From an uncultured Verrucomicrobiae bacterium (lineage in GTDB: Bacteria; Verrucomicrobiota; Verrucomicrobiia; Limisphaerales; JAFGQR01), in assembly GCA_963788655.1 (NCBI GenBank), contig CAWBHS010000110.1:139299-203298 (forward strand): a stretch of 64,000 bases of DNA. Direction: 5' to 3'. Positions 11,101-21,276 of the stretch are shown piece after piece. Numbering within the stretch: the first letter of the stretch is position 1; every line of letters begins with the position of its first letter. The notes under the pieces are model-generated. The model ran no database searches and was not told where the DNA came from. It was given only the letters and a program-made list of their open reading frames with translations. Made by a program: the position numbers and the translations under genes.

Positions 11101-12163
11101 GCGCCAATACGGCGTGCTGATCCCGGTCTCAGCCTGGCCGGTCAAGGACTTGCCGCCCCACTTGCAACCGCGGTTTGAAATCGTGGGCAACCAGGACAAT
11201 TCACTGGCTGCTGGCCGCAACCTGAACGCCTTGCTCGACCGCGTGGAACAGGGACGCCAGCCCAACGAAGCCGCCGCATTGCGACGCGCCCTGGCCCGCT
11301 GGGAACGTTATGGGCTTACGGACTGGACCTTCGGCGAATTGCCCGAACGCTGTCTGGTTTCCGAGACCGGCGGCGTCCCGTTGTATTTGTATCCGGGCCT
11401 GCACGTGGAAAACGGCGATGTCAGCCTGCGACTGTTTCGCCGTCTGAACGAAGCGGAAACCGCCAGCCGGATTGGCCTTCGTCGTCTGGCCGAACTGGTG
11501 TTGCCCAAGGAACTGGCCTGGCTGCAAAAAGACTTGCGTGGCCTGACCCGTTTCGCCCCGCTCTACGCGACGCTCGGGGACACGGATGAATTGATCGAAA
11601 CGGCCTGGACCAATCTCCGGCGTCACGTGCTGGCTCCGCCGAATCCGCTTCCGCGCACGGCTGATGCTTTTACCGAATATCTCGAGCGCATTCGGCAACA
11701 AGCTCGTGGTCTTGGCTCACGGTTTATGGATTGGGTGGGTGCCATCCTGGAGAAACGGCAGGAAGCCCTGGTTTGCCGCCGGCCCCTGCCAAACATGCAA
11801 CAGGAAATCGACGCGCTCGTGCCGGGGCGATTCCTGGAAAAGATCCCCTTCGAACAACTGGCTCACGTGCCGCGCTATTTGCAGGCGCTATTCATTCGCG
11901 CCGAACGGGCCGCGCTCAATCCGGCCAAGGATGCCGAGAAGGTTCGCCGCGTGCAGCCCTACTCCGTGGTGGCGCGCCAGGTGTTTGCCCAACCGGCCCG
12001 TTCTCCGGAAGCCTTTCGCCGGATGCAACAGTTTCGCTGGTTGCTCGAAGAGTTCAAAGTGTCCGTCTTCGCCCAGGAACTTGGCACCGCCCAACCCGTT
12101 TCGACCAAACGCCTGGACGAAGCGTTGCGCGAACTACGGGAGGCGCAAAAGGTGCAAACATGA
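8149..12163 (+). CDS. hrpA: ATP-dependent RNA helicase HrpA (one frameshift near 8310)
   Basis: GETGSGKTTQLPK, TQPRRVAA, DEAHERSLNIDFLLG, SATID, QRKGRCGR; C-terminal 'RWLLEEFKVSVFAQELGT..PVSTKRL' typical of HrpA. Confidence 0.93.
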
Positions 12164-12240
12164 GGCGTCCGTTGGCGCCGCAAAATTCAGACGTTTTTCC
12201 CCGTTGGTGCGGTTAACGCTATAGCGACACTTTCACAGAT

Positions 12241-12331
12241 AGGCGCGCGGCCTTTAGGCCGCTTCAAGCACCCAAGGCCAACCAGCGGCTTGCGGAATAG
12301 GACGGTGAAGCGGCGTAAACGCCGCGCGCCT
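12241..12331. repeat. REP-like inverted doublet, family F
   Basis: AGGCGCGCGGCCTTTAGGCCGCTTCA ... TGAAGCGGCGTAAACGCCGCGCGCCT; each arm is itself a hairpin; lies between convergent genes. Confidence 0.7.
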
Positions 12332-12453
12332 GCCGCGCTTCGCCGGAACTGTCGCTGCAGTGTTAACGTCCGTTCGGAACAACGGGCCATGGGTCACATC
12401 CGCGTTTGGAGTGGGCGGAGGTTGCTCCCGCTTCCTTGCTGGCGGAAATTCGC

Positions 12454-13002
12454 TCAATGCGCGGCAGCCTTCTTCGCTTCGGCGCGAGCGCGCTGGTCGG
12501 CCAGACGAGTATCCACTTCGTCCGCTTCGGTGGGATGGATCTCGTGATAATACTCGTTGGACTTGGCCAGTTGCTCCTTGTGCAACAGCAGACCCTCGAA
12601 GCGGTCCGCGTTGCTGAGCTCGAACTGGGTGTCCATCTTGATGGAGTCAAACGGACACACCTCCACGCAAATCTGGCAGCTCATGCAGACGGACACATCG
12701 ATGTCGAAAATCTTGGGATGACTCTGCATCTTGCCAGTGTGATCGCGCTTCTTGAAGGTGTCCTTGACGATGTAGATGCACTGCGGCGGACATTCCTTCT
12801 CGCAAATCAGACAAGCCACGCAACGCAAGCCCTGCTCCGGCTCGCCGTCAAAGACCAGGAACGGAAAGCTGCGTGAGCTTTCCGGCAACGGCTGGCGTTC
12901 GTCAGGATATTGGATGGTGACCAACCGTTCCTTGCGGGCGTAACTCCCCAGAAAGTTGCGCGCCGTTTCCTTCAGGCCTTTAATGATTCCAGTGCCAAGC
13001 AT
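12454..13002 (-). CDS. nuoI: NADH-quinone oxidoreductase subunit I (2x[4Fe-4S])
   Basis: VTIQYPDER, CVACLICEKECP and CMSCQICVEVCP ferredoxin motifs. Confidence 0.9.
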   Translation of the reverse strand: MLGTGIIKGLKETARNFLGSYARKERLVTIQYPDERQPLPESSRSFPFLVFDGEPEQGLRCVACLICEKECPPQCIYIVKDTFKKRDHTGKMQSHPKIFDIDVSVCMSCQICVEVCPFDSIKMDTQFELSNADRFEGLLLHKEQLAKSNEYYHEIHPTEADEVDTRLADQRARAEAKKAAAH

Positions 13003-13022
13003 GCGATGTTTTCAAAAGTTGG

Positions 13023-14294
13023 TTAACGGTCCACCTCGCCCAACACAATGTCCACGCTGCCGAGAATCACGACCACGTCGGCCACGCTGTGTCCCAGACA
13101 CATGTCCTCAAGAATGGTCAGGTTGATCAAGCTCGGCGGTCGTACGCGGTAGCGATACGGATTGGGCGTTCCGTCGCTGATCAGGTAAAAGCCGAGCTCG
13201 CCTTTGGGCGCCTCAATGCGTCCGTAGGTCTCGCCGGGCCGGGGCCGAAAGCCGCGGTTGCGAGCTTTGGGATCTAGGATTGGCCCTTCCGGAATGTCCT
13301 TCAGCGCCTGGTTCAGAATCTTGACCGACTCGCGCATTTCCAAAATCCGCATCATGTAGCGGTCATAGGTGTCGCCGTGCTCCCCGAGCGGGATGCGAAA
13401 ACTAAACCGGTCGTAGATGCCGTATTGATCGACTTTGCGCACGTCGTAATTCACCCCGCTGGCCCGCAGCATGGGGCCGGTCACGCTGGCGTTGATGGCC
13501 AGTTCCCGCGTTAAGCAGCCCACGTCCTGAGTGCGCGCCATCAAAATTTCGTTGGACGTCAGCAGATTTTCGAACTCGTCCAGAAAACGCGGGAATTCAT
13601 CGACCACTTGGCGGGTCCGATCCAGCCAGCCGGGTGGCAGATCGACGCGGCAACCGCCAAACCGCATGGTAATTGCACATCATGCGCGCTCCGGTGAGCG
13701 CCTCGAACAAATCGAGGATCTTCTCCCGTTCGCGAAACGCATACATCAACGGCGTGCCCATAGCCCCCATGTCCTGACCAAAAAGCCTGCCAGGCAGGCA
13801 TGGTTTTGCAGGCGGGTCAGTTCACCGGTGATCACGCGGATGTATTCGGCGCGTTCGGGAACCTGGTAACCGGCCAATTTCTCGACCGCCAAAGCGTAAG
13901 CCCAGTTGTTGGTCAGCGAACAAAAATAATCCAGCCGATCGGTGTACGGCATCGAGGCCAGGTACGGCGCGTTTTCGGCGATCTTTTCGTGATTGCGGTG
14001 CAGGTAGCCAAAGACCGGTTTGAGCTTCACTACCTGTTCCCCATCCAACACCACGTCCATGCGAAACACGCCGTGCGTGGACGGGTGTTGCGGTCCCATG
14101 GACACTTCAAGCACGTCACCCTCAATGACGCCGTCCGGGAGCGTCTTGGGGCGCACCTCATAATTGTGTCCGGATTCCGGCGACGCCATGTCCTTCACCT
14201 CCATCGGGTCCGCTGTCTCGGCCTGGGCCCGGGGAGTTTTTTCCAATGACTGGAAGGCATTGCCCAAGGTGCCTGTCAGGGTGCCGTCGCTCAT
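13023..14294 (-). CDS. nuoD: NADH-quinone oxidoreductase subunit D (frameshifts around 13670-13780)
   Basis: [55 protein letters not shown]. Confidence 0.92.
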
Positions 14295-14925
14295 GAATGC
14301 TGCTCCTCCGGATAATGCTTTCGCGCCTTCTCCAGCACCTTGGCGTGCGGCGTGGGCTCGTATTCGTAATCGTCGGGCTCGACGTAATCCTTGCGCATTG
14401 GAAAATCCTGAAAGCCGTCCCACATTAAAATGCGGCGCAAGTCCGGATGCCCGTCAAAGACCACTCCGTAAAGATCAAACACTTCGCGCTCTTGAAATTC
14501 CGCCCCACGCCAAACCGGCGTCAGCGAGGCTGCCCGTGCCTTCTCCGATCGGTTCTCGGTTCGCTGGCGAAGAACCAACGGGCCGTGCTTGAGGTTCATG
14601 GAATAGAGATGATAAACGACCTCGAGGAAACCGGGCTGCAATCGTTCGGACAACTCCTCCACTTCCGTTCCTCGCCGCCAACCACGCGCTTGGTCTTCAC
14701 TTTTTCTTTGATCACCTGATCCAGCCAATCCACTCCGGTGACGTTCGAAGCATAGTCGAATTGGAGTTGGGGATCGTCGCGCAAAAACGTCGCCACCGCC
14801 ACGGCATGAGCGCTATCAACCAGCAGCGACGGTGGATTGCCTTCGCTGCCATTGGGCACCATCGCCAATCGCGCGCCGGGGACAGCGGCTTCGGCGCGGG
14901 CTTTGATTTGTTCCAAAGTTTCCAT
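14291..14925 (-). CDS. nuoC: NADH-quinone oxidoreductase subunit C (frameshift ~14670)
   Basis: [52 protein letters not shown] overlap with nuoD. Confidence 0.9.
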
Positions 14926-14932
14926 CAATCCA

Positions 14933-15547
14933 CTACTCGCTTCGACTCACTTTCGCGGGAGCCCACACCGCCAGGTTCCGGGAAGGCACCAGATCATGTT
15001 CGCCGAATTGGGGCACGGGAAATTCGCTGGGCGCCTGCCGGTTCAGGTGGCGCGGTCGGTCCGGCCCGGTTAACTGTTGGGCGGCAATCTTGCGCTGCAA
15101 CGTCATAAACGCATGGATCAGCGCTTCGGGTCGCGGCGGGCAACCGGGAATATGCACGTCCACCGGCAGGTACCGGTCGATGCCCTTGAGCACGTTGTAA
15201 CCTTGCTTGAACGGGCCGCCGGAAATGGCGCACGCGCCCATGGCAATCACATATTTCGGCTCCGGCATCTGGTTGTACAAGCGCACCACCTGCGGCGCCA
15301 TCTTCTTGGTCACCGTGCCGGCCACGATCATCAGGTCCGCCTGCCGTGGCGAAGGCCGGAACACTTCCGCTCCGAACCGCGCCAGATCCCAGCGCGCCAT
15401 CGAGGCCGCGATCATTTCAATCGCGCAACACGCCAGCCCAAATTGGAGCGGCCAGACCGAATTGCGCCGGCCCCAGTTGTACAACTCCTGAAGCGTGGTG
15501 GTGAAGACGCCCTGCTTACTGAGTTCGTTGCTGAGTCCTTCGTCCAT
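14933..15547 (-). CDS. nuoB: NADH-quinone oxidoreductase subunit B
   Basis: [46 protein letters not shown]. Confidence 0.95.
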   Translation of the reverse strand: MDEGLSNELSKQGVFTTTLQELYNWGRRNSVWPLQFGLACCAIEMIAASMARWDLARFGAEVFRPSPRQADLMIVAGTVTKKMAPQVVRLYNQMPEPKYVIAMGACAISGGPFKQGYNVLKGIDRYLPVDVHIPGCPPRPEALIHAFMTLQRKIAAQQLTGPDRPRHLNRQAPSEFPVPQFGEHDLVPSRNLAVWAPAKVSRSE

Positions 15548-15558
15548 CGCGGCTTGCC

Positions 15559-15954
15559 TTATCCCTGCTTGGGCGCGGGTTCGGTTTTCCAGGTCAAGAT
15601 CCCTTTCGCCCAAGCCCACACCAGACCTTCGATAAGTAACAGCAGAAAAACCGTCATCGCCATAAACGCCCCGAAGGGCAATTCATTGAACGCCACCGCG
15701 AAGGGCAGCAAAAACAGGATTTCCACGTCGAAAATTAGGAACATGATGCCAAACACGTAATACCGGGCGTTAAATTGGATCGCCGAGGAACCTTTGGCTT
15801 CCAGCCCGCACTCGTACGTGGCGTTCTTCTGCTCGCCGGGTTTGTGCGGCGACGCCAGCCTCGCCCACACCCGGGCCAATAGCAGTGGGGTGAGGGCAAA
15901 CACGGTGGCTGCCACCAGGAAAATGGTCAGGAACAAATACGCGTGACCGTTCAT
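15559..15954 (-). CDS. nuoA: NADH-quinone oxidoreductase subunit A
   Basis: Three hydrophobic helices, [15 protein letters not shown]. Confidence 0.93.
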   Translation of the reverse strand: MNGHAYLFLTIFLVAATVFALTPLLLARVWARLASPHKPGEQKNATYECGLEAKGSSAIQFNARYYVFGIMFLIFDVEILFLLPFAVAFNELPFGAFMAMTVFLLLLIEGLVWAWAKGILTWKTEPAPKQG

Positions 15955-16100
15955 AAACTTTTACCGCAAACCTAGATTAAAACTGTCGATCAAAGACCCT
16001 AACAATCGCTGCCAAGACCGTCAAGGAACAGGGAATATCCACCGCCGAAGACCGCCAGGCACTGCCTCGATGCGCGCCGCTGCCCCTTCCGGTAGGTCAA

Positions 16101-16376
16101 TCAATTCTGTTCGGGAACGTGGCGTCGCAGCCCCACGGAATGGGCAATGTCGTCAAACTCTTCGTGGCTGACGTCTTCAAGCTGTTTGCCTTTGGCGGCC
16201 AGTTTTTCGTTAATCTTGACGGCCTTCTCCGTCATCACCTCGTGAGTTTCCTCCGTGCCGCCCACCAGGGTAAAATTGGGCCCTGCCGTCACCCGCTTGT
16301 GTCCATCAGAATCCATACCGACACCCAGCAGATGCGCTTTACCACGTTTTCGTTTTTTACCGGACGATTGCGCCAT
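16101..16376 (-). CDS. Small hypothetical protein (91 aa)
   Basis: ATG-started ORF with protein-like composition (LLGVGMDSDGHKRVT.G.NF.LVGG.EETHE.M.E); function not recognised. Confidence 0.7.
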   Translation of the reverse strand: MAQSSGKKRKRGKAHLLGVGMDSDGHKRVTAGPNFTLVGGTEETHEVMTEKAVKINEKLAAKGKQLEDVSHEEFDDIAHSVGLRRHVPEQN

Positions 16377-16465
16377 GAAACGAACCTACGGACTTAGCGG
16401 TCTAAGTCAAGCCAACTGCCACGCTGGCTGTGAAACAAACGTGATCAGTCAACAGTGTTCAGTAA

Positions 16466-17815
16466 TCAGTTGCGCGTCTTGCTATGGAACCGCCAGGAAA
16501 GTGTCAGCGCCGCCGTGCCCAGCCCCGTCGCCAGACCGATCCAGATGCCCACTGCTCCCCGGCCCCCCGGGAAAGCCAGCGTATAACCGAGCGGCACCGC
16601 GATGATCCAATAGGCCAGCGCCGCCACCAACGCCGGCACCCGCACGTCGGTCAATCCGCGCAAGGCCGACAGCGCCACCACTTGCAAGCCGTCCGCCACT
16701 TGGAACAACGCGGCGACAACCAGCAATTGCGTGGCCAGCAGCACGACTGCCGGCACCGAAACAAACAGCCGCGCGATCGGCCCGCCGGCGGTCATGAACA
16801 GCACCGCGAAAAGCCCCATGATCATCACCGCCATGGCCAGGCCCATGAATCCAATCCGGCGCACGCGCCGATGGTGTCCGGCGCCCCAGGCGTGGCCCAC
16901 CCGGATGCACACCGCCATGCCGATGCCCAGCGAGAACATGAACGACGTGGCCGCGCAACTGATGGCGATCTGATGCGCCGCAATCGCCGCTTTGCTGATC
17001 CACCCCATCATCAAGGCGGCAAAGACAAACGCGCTGACTTCCAACAAGTGCTGCGCCGCCACCGGCCAACCCAAGTCGATCAACCGCCGGAAGCGCCCCC
17101 AGGCCAGCGGCGCCCACCAGCGAATCGGCTGGAAGCGCCGCAACACCCGGGCGCGCATCGCGTAGAGCAGAATGCCGAGCATCATCGCCAGGCGGGCCAG
17201 CAAGGTCGCCCATCCCGCGCCTTCCAGGCCCAGGGCCGGCGCGCCCCAATGCCCGTAGATCAAGAGCCAGTTCAGCAGAATGTTCAGCAGCACACTGCCC
17301 AGCAGGAACAAGGTGGGCGGCCACGGATGGTTGAGCGCCTCGGAGAATTGTTTGCAACCGTGGCCCACCATCATCGGCAGCATCGAAGCTCCAAACAACA
17401 CCAAGTAAGTGCCCGAAGCCGCCACCACGTCCGGCGGTTGACCGAAACGGTCCAACACCAACAGCAGGGCCAACAGGACCAGAACCGTCACCACCCCGCA
17501 AGCAATCGACAATGCCAAACCGTGACGAAACACCTCGCCGGCTTCGGAAGGTTCGCGCGCGCCAAAGGCCTGGCTGGTCAGAATGGCCACCGAAGTGAGC
17601 AGGCCAATGCCAAAAATCATTGGCGGATGCGAGATGGCATTCACGAACGCCGCCGCCGCCAATGGCACCACACCGACGCGCCCGATCATCAGCGTGTCGG
17701 CCAATCCCATCAAAGTATGGCCGACCATGCCCGCCATGATTGGGAAAGCCAGCCGCAGCGTGGGACGCACTTCGCGTACCCACCGCCAGATGCTACGTAA
17801 TCGACGTGATCGCAT
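16466..17815 (-). CDS. MATE family multidrug efflux transporter
   Basis: LAFPIM, DTLMIGRVG, LGLEGAGWAT, IAAHQIA, IRVGHAWGAG, FQVADGLQ; about 12 TM segments. Confidence 0.92.
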   Translation of the reverse strand: MRSRRLRSIWRWVREVRPTLRLAFPIMAGMVGHTLMGLADTLMIGRVGVVPLAAAAFVNAISHPPMIFGIGLLTSVAILTSQAFGAREPSEAGEVFRHGLALSIACGVVTVLVLLALLLVLDRFGQPPDVVAASGTYLVLFGASMLPMMVGHGCKQFSEALNHPWPPTLFLLGSVLLNILLNWLLIYGHWGAPALGLEGAGWATLLARLAMMLGILLYAMRARVLRRFQPIRWWAPLAWGRFRRLIDLGWPVAAQHLLEVSAFVFAALMMGWISKAAIAAHQIAISCAATSFMFSLGIGMAVCIRVGHAWGAGHHRRVRRIGFMGLAMAVMIMGLFAVLFMTAGGPIARLFVSVPAVVLLATQLLVVAALFQVADGLQVVALSALRGLTDVRVPALVAALAYWIIAVPLGYTLAFPGGRGAVGIWIGLATGLGTAALTLSWRFHSKTRN

Positions 17816-18010
17816 TAATACAACGTGGTTCCAGAGCTTTCCGGAAATGGTTCGGAGCCAACTTAAAAGCCCGATCATTCGTAACGGCGGCTCGGTAGAG
17901 TGTCACCAGCGTGGACAGGGAGAGTTTGTAGCGCCCTCACCGTTGACTCGTAAGGAATCGCCAGCCACTACTTCGTGCCGCGCAACTCCGTTTGCCCAGC
18001 CGGTTCCAAT

Positions 18011-18706
18011 TCAACCCGGTGCCGTCAGCGAACGCCCGTTGTCTTTCGGTCCCAATTTCAACAAGAAGGGCACCGCTGTTCTTGCCCATTCCTCGGCGCT
18101 GGCATAGCTACTGGCGGATTCGCCAAAACAGCTTTGCAGCATCTCCGTGTTGATCACGCCGGGGTTCAACGGAATGGCCGCCAGTCCGGTTGGCAGTTCC
18201 TGCGCCAGCGCCTGCGTCAGGCCTTCAATCGCCCATTTGGTCGCGCAGTAGGGGGCCACCTCGGCATCGGTGGACCGGCCCCAGCCCGAACTGAAGTTCA
18301 CGATCACGCCACGCTGGCGTTCGATCATCGCCGGCACAAAATGGCGGATCACATTCGCAACGCCTTTGAGGTTCACGTCGATCACCGCCGAAAACTCGTC
18401 CGCCGGCACCCGCCACAAGGGCGCGTTGGGATTGATGATCGCCGCGTTGTTGAGCAACAGGTCCGGCGGGCCGAGGGTTTTCAAAATCCGCGCGGCCCAA
18501 CGGCTGACTTCCGCGTCCGCAGCCACGTTGACCGCCGCAAACTCGTGTGGCGCCGTGTAAGCCTGGCGCAACGATTCAATGCGCTCGACCGATCGGCCAC
18601 AGCCGGCCACGGTATGTCCCCGGCGGATGAACTCGTCTGCCATCGCGCGCCCCAGCCCGCGAGTGACTCCGGTGATGACCACAGTGCTAGGGTTCATTTT
18701 GTCCAT
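18011..18706 (-). CDS. Short-chain dehydrogenase/reductase
   Basis: ITGVTRGLG, LLNNAA, SSGWG, YCATK catalytic motif. Confidence 0.92.
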   Translation of the reverse strand: MDKMNPSTVVITGVTRGLGRAMADEFIRRGHTVAGCGRSVERIESLRQAYTAPHEFAAVNVAADAEVSRWAARILKTLGPPDLLLNNAAIINPNAPLWRVPADEFSAVIDVNLKGVANVIRHFVPAMIERQRGVIVNFSSGWGRSTDAEVAPYCATKWAIEGLTQALAQELPTGLAAIPLNPGVINTEMLQSCFGESASSYASAEEWARTAVPFLLKLGPKDNGRSLTAPG

Positions 18707-18777
18707 TTGTTGGTTTTCCTGGAATTACGTGCTGACTATTTCCCGATCCTTGATTGGAATCAATGCCAATGAACTCA

Positions 18778-19560
18778 ATGAACGCGATGACACTGACCAC
18801 CGACTTTGGCCTTGAGGACTGGTTCGTGGGAACGATGAAGGGAGTGATTCTCGGCATTGCGCCGCGTGCGACGGTCGTGGACCTGACGCACGGTGTTCCC
18901 CGTGGTGACATTCGCGCCGGAGCTTTCGCGTTGGCGGCCAGTTGCCGATATTTTCCACAGGGCACCATCCACACGGTAGTGGTCGATCCGGGGGTGGGCA
19001 GTCAGCGCGCTGCCCTCGTCGTGCGAACGCGCAACTATTTCTTTGTCGGTCCCGACAACGGCGTGCTTTCGTTCGCGCTGGCTTGCGAAGAGATCAAAAG
19101 CATTCGGCGATTGGAAAGTCCGCGTTACTTCCTTGGAAACATGAGCCAGACCTTTCATGGTCGCGACGTCTTCGCGCCCGTTGCAGCCCATTTGAGCAAA
19201 GGCGTGCCGATGTTGCAGTTTGGTCCCGAAACGAAGGATTATGTTCGCTTGCCCTGGCCACAACTGCGTGAAGCTGGTGGTGCCATTTGCGGCGAAGTAT
19301 TGTACCTTGACCGATTCGGTAACGCTATAACCAACCTGCCCAACAATCGGCTCGCCCCGACAAGCACGGTGCGGATTGGTCTCGGTGGAAAGCGTTTGGT
19401 TCCGGTCAAAGCATTCTATAAAGCTGTTCCTGCCGGCAAGCCAGTGGCGGTTCTTGGCTCTGCGGGCTTCCTGGAGATCGCGATCAACGGCGGGAGCGCG
19501 GCAACGAAACTGAAGCTGAAACCAGGCAGCCGGGTGGAGGTCGTGATAGTGAAGGGTTGA
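18778..19560 (+). CDS. SAM hydroxide adenosyltransferase (DUF62, chlorinase/fluorinase superfamily)
   Basis: TTDFG, VDLTH, VVDPGVGSQR, FVGPDNG, TFHGRDVF, DRFGN, LEIAINGGSA. Confidence 0.9.
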   Translation: MNAMTLTTDFGLEDWFVGTMKGVILGIAPRATVVDLTHGVPRGDIRAGAFALAASCRYFPQGTIHTVVVDPGVGSQRAALVVRTRNYFFVGPDNGVLSFALACEEIKSIRRLESPRYFLGNMSQTFHGRDVFAPVAAHLSKGVPMLQFGPETKDYVRLPWPQLREAGGAICGEVLYLDRFGNAITNLPNNRLAPTSTVRIGLGGKRLVPVKAFYKAVPAGKPVAVLGSAGFLEIAINGGSAATKLKLKPGSRVEVVIVKG

Positions 19561-19603
19561 AGAGTTGAAGCGGGGATCGGTTGAAGCGGTGCGTCAGGGC
19601 GGC

Positions 19604-19703
19604 GGTAGCGCAGCCGTCTCGGCGGCGAGTTCATTGGGTGTCCCCGCGCCGTTCGCTTCGAGCGGCGAAGCTTCGCGCGAACTCGCCAGCGAGGACGCCC
19701 GCC
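19604..19703. repeat. REP-like inverted doublet, family G (degenerate)
   Basis: GGTAGCGCAGCCGTCTCGGCGGCGAGTTC ... GAACTCGCCAGCGAGGACGCCCGC. Confidence 0.5.
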
Positions 19704-19840
19704 TGTCCCGAACATCAGAAAATGACTATCCTTGCGGACAATGTTCTTTAATCCTGGATAGATCTTGGTGCATTCGGGACAGCTAGGACGACTGTCCGAC
19801 ATCGTTTGCGACATTGCGACATGCGTGCTTGAATTGACTC

Positions 19841-20737
19841 ATGAAGATACTCGTTTCGGGGGCCGCGGGATTGGTGGGGGCCGCGCTGGTGGCGCGCTTC
19901 CAGGGCGAAGGCCATGAGGTGATCGAGTTGCGCCGCCTGTCAGCAGGCCAGACGGACGCGAAGGCAGTTTGGGACCAGAAAACTGGCCGCGTGGATTTGA
20001 CCCGTTGCCCTTCACCCGAGGCAGTGGTTCATCTGGCTGGAGAAACGATCGCCCAACGTTGGACCGCTCCCGCCAAAATCCGTATTCGCAACAGTCGGGT
20101 GAACGGAACCCGCTTATTGGTCGAAGCCCTGACCCAATTGCCGCGGTTGCCGCGCGTGCTGATCAGCGCCTCGGCGACTGGCTACTACGGTGATCGTGGC
20201 GACGACACGCTTGACGAAACCAGTGCCCCCGGCACGGGCTTCCTGGCCAACGTCGCCCAAGCGTGGGAAGCCGCTGCGAACGGCGCCACGGAACGGGGCG
20301 TCCGGGTCATCACCCTGCGGTTGGGCGTTGTGCTCAGCGAGCGTGGCGGCGCCCTGAGGAAAATGCTACCTGCGTTTCGTTTTGGACTGGGGGGCCGCTT
20401 GGGCAGTGGCCGGCAGTTCTGGAGTTGGATTGCACTGGACGATTTGGTGAATGCGATTCTTTTCTGCCTGAACAATGAACGGTTGCACGGCCCCATCAAT
20501 GCCACTTCACCGCACCCGGTCACAAACCGTGAGTTCACTCGCGCCCTGGCGCAGGCGCTGCACCGTCCCGCCCGCCTGCCGGTGCCGGCGTTCATGGTGC
20601 GGTTGGTTTTTGGCGAGATGGGCCGAGAAGCCCTGCTGGCCAGCGCTCGAGTGATGCCCGCGCTCCTGCAGGCGGAAGGATTTACGTTTGAGTTTTCTGA
20701 GATTTCGGCCGCCCTGCGTCATCTGCTGCGAAGGTGA
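19841..20737 (+). CDS. TIGR01777-type NAD-dependent epimerase (YfcH-like)
   Basis: SGAAGLVG, VHLAGE, SASATGYYG, LGSGRQFWSWIALDD, PVTNREFTRALA. Confidence 0.9.
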   Translation: MKILVSGAAGLVGAALVARFQGEGHEVIELRRLSAGQTDAKAVWDQKTGRVDLTRCPSPEAVVHLAGETIAQRWTAPAKIRIRNSRVNGTRLLVEALTQLPRLPRVLISASATGYYGDRGDDTLDETSAPGTGFLANVAQAWEAAANGATERGVRVITLRLGVVLSERGGALRKMLPAFRFGLGGRLGSGRQFWSWIALDDLVNAILFCLNNERLHGPINATSPHPVTNREFTRALAQALHRPARLPVPAFMVRLVFGEMGREALLASARVMPALLQAEGFTFEFSEISAALRHLLRR

Positions 20738-20853
20738 TCGCGGCATCGGCCCATTAAGCATTGTCGGACACGTTGTTGAAATAGTGGTCGCGCAAAGGTG
20801 AGCCGAAGCCGAGTCCCGCCGACAAAGTTGCCAATATCGACCAAAGCATAACA

Positions 20854-20992
20854 ATTCAGTAGGACAGGGCGTCCCGCCTGTCCCGAACGGCAGTGAACCA
20901 GGGACTTGGGTCGCGGCGCGTAGGCTTCCTCTGCGTCACCAAATGGTGGGGAAAGCCCCTGGGCTATTTGAGACAGGCGAGACGCCTGTCCT
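20854..20992. mobile_element. ~140-bp REPIN/MITE-like element, family D, copy 1
   Basis: GTAGGACAGGGCGTCCCGCCTGTC ... GAGACAGGCGAGACGCCTGTCCT; full-length homologue inverted at 34037-34175. Confidence 0.8.
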
Positions 20993-21133
20993 CGGAATTG
21001 TCTCGTGACTGCTCCAGCTATTGAATCGTGACGGCTAAAGCGGTCGGGACGGTGACAGCATTAGACCAATTCCAATCAGTCTTTGCGCTTCCTACAGCCC
21101 GCTTATCGGGGATCCATTAAACGAAAATTAGCA

Positions 21134-21162
21134 TTGCCAGGCATGGTATTATGTGTTACAAG
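21134..21162 (+). promoter_or_regulatory. Candidate sigma70 promoter
   Basis: TTGCCA-17 nt-TACAAG with extended TG, in an AT-rich patch upstream of the 21277 gene. Confidence 0.35.
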
Positions 21163-21276
21163 GTAGTCAATGCAGCGCCCATCCCGGCGGTGTGCGTGGG
21201 GATGGTCCGTCCGACCGCAACGGCGCCAGGACGGTTTGCGGCTGCCTAAACCGATGAACCCGTGTCACGATCAACC

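Noticed and set aside
13023..15547. Group 4 [NiFe]-hydrogenase
   Set aside because: The large subunit lacks both CxxC nickel motifs, and the small subunit has the tandem CC of NuoB.
18778..19560. Fluorinase or chlorinase
   Set aside because: Retains the Asp-Arg-His set (DPGVGSQR, TFHGRD) of DUF62 SAM hydrolases and has no biosynthetic context.
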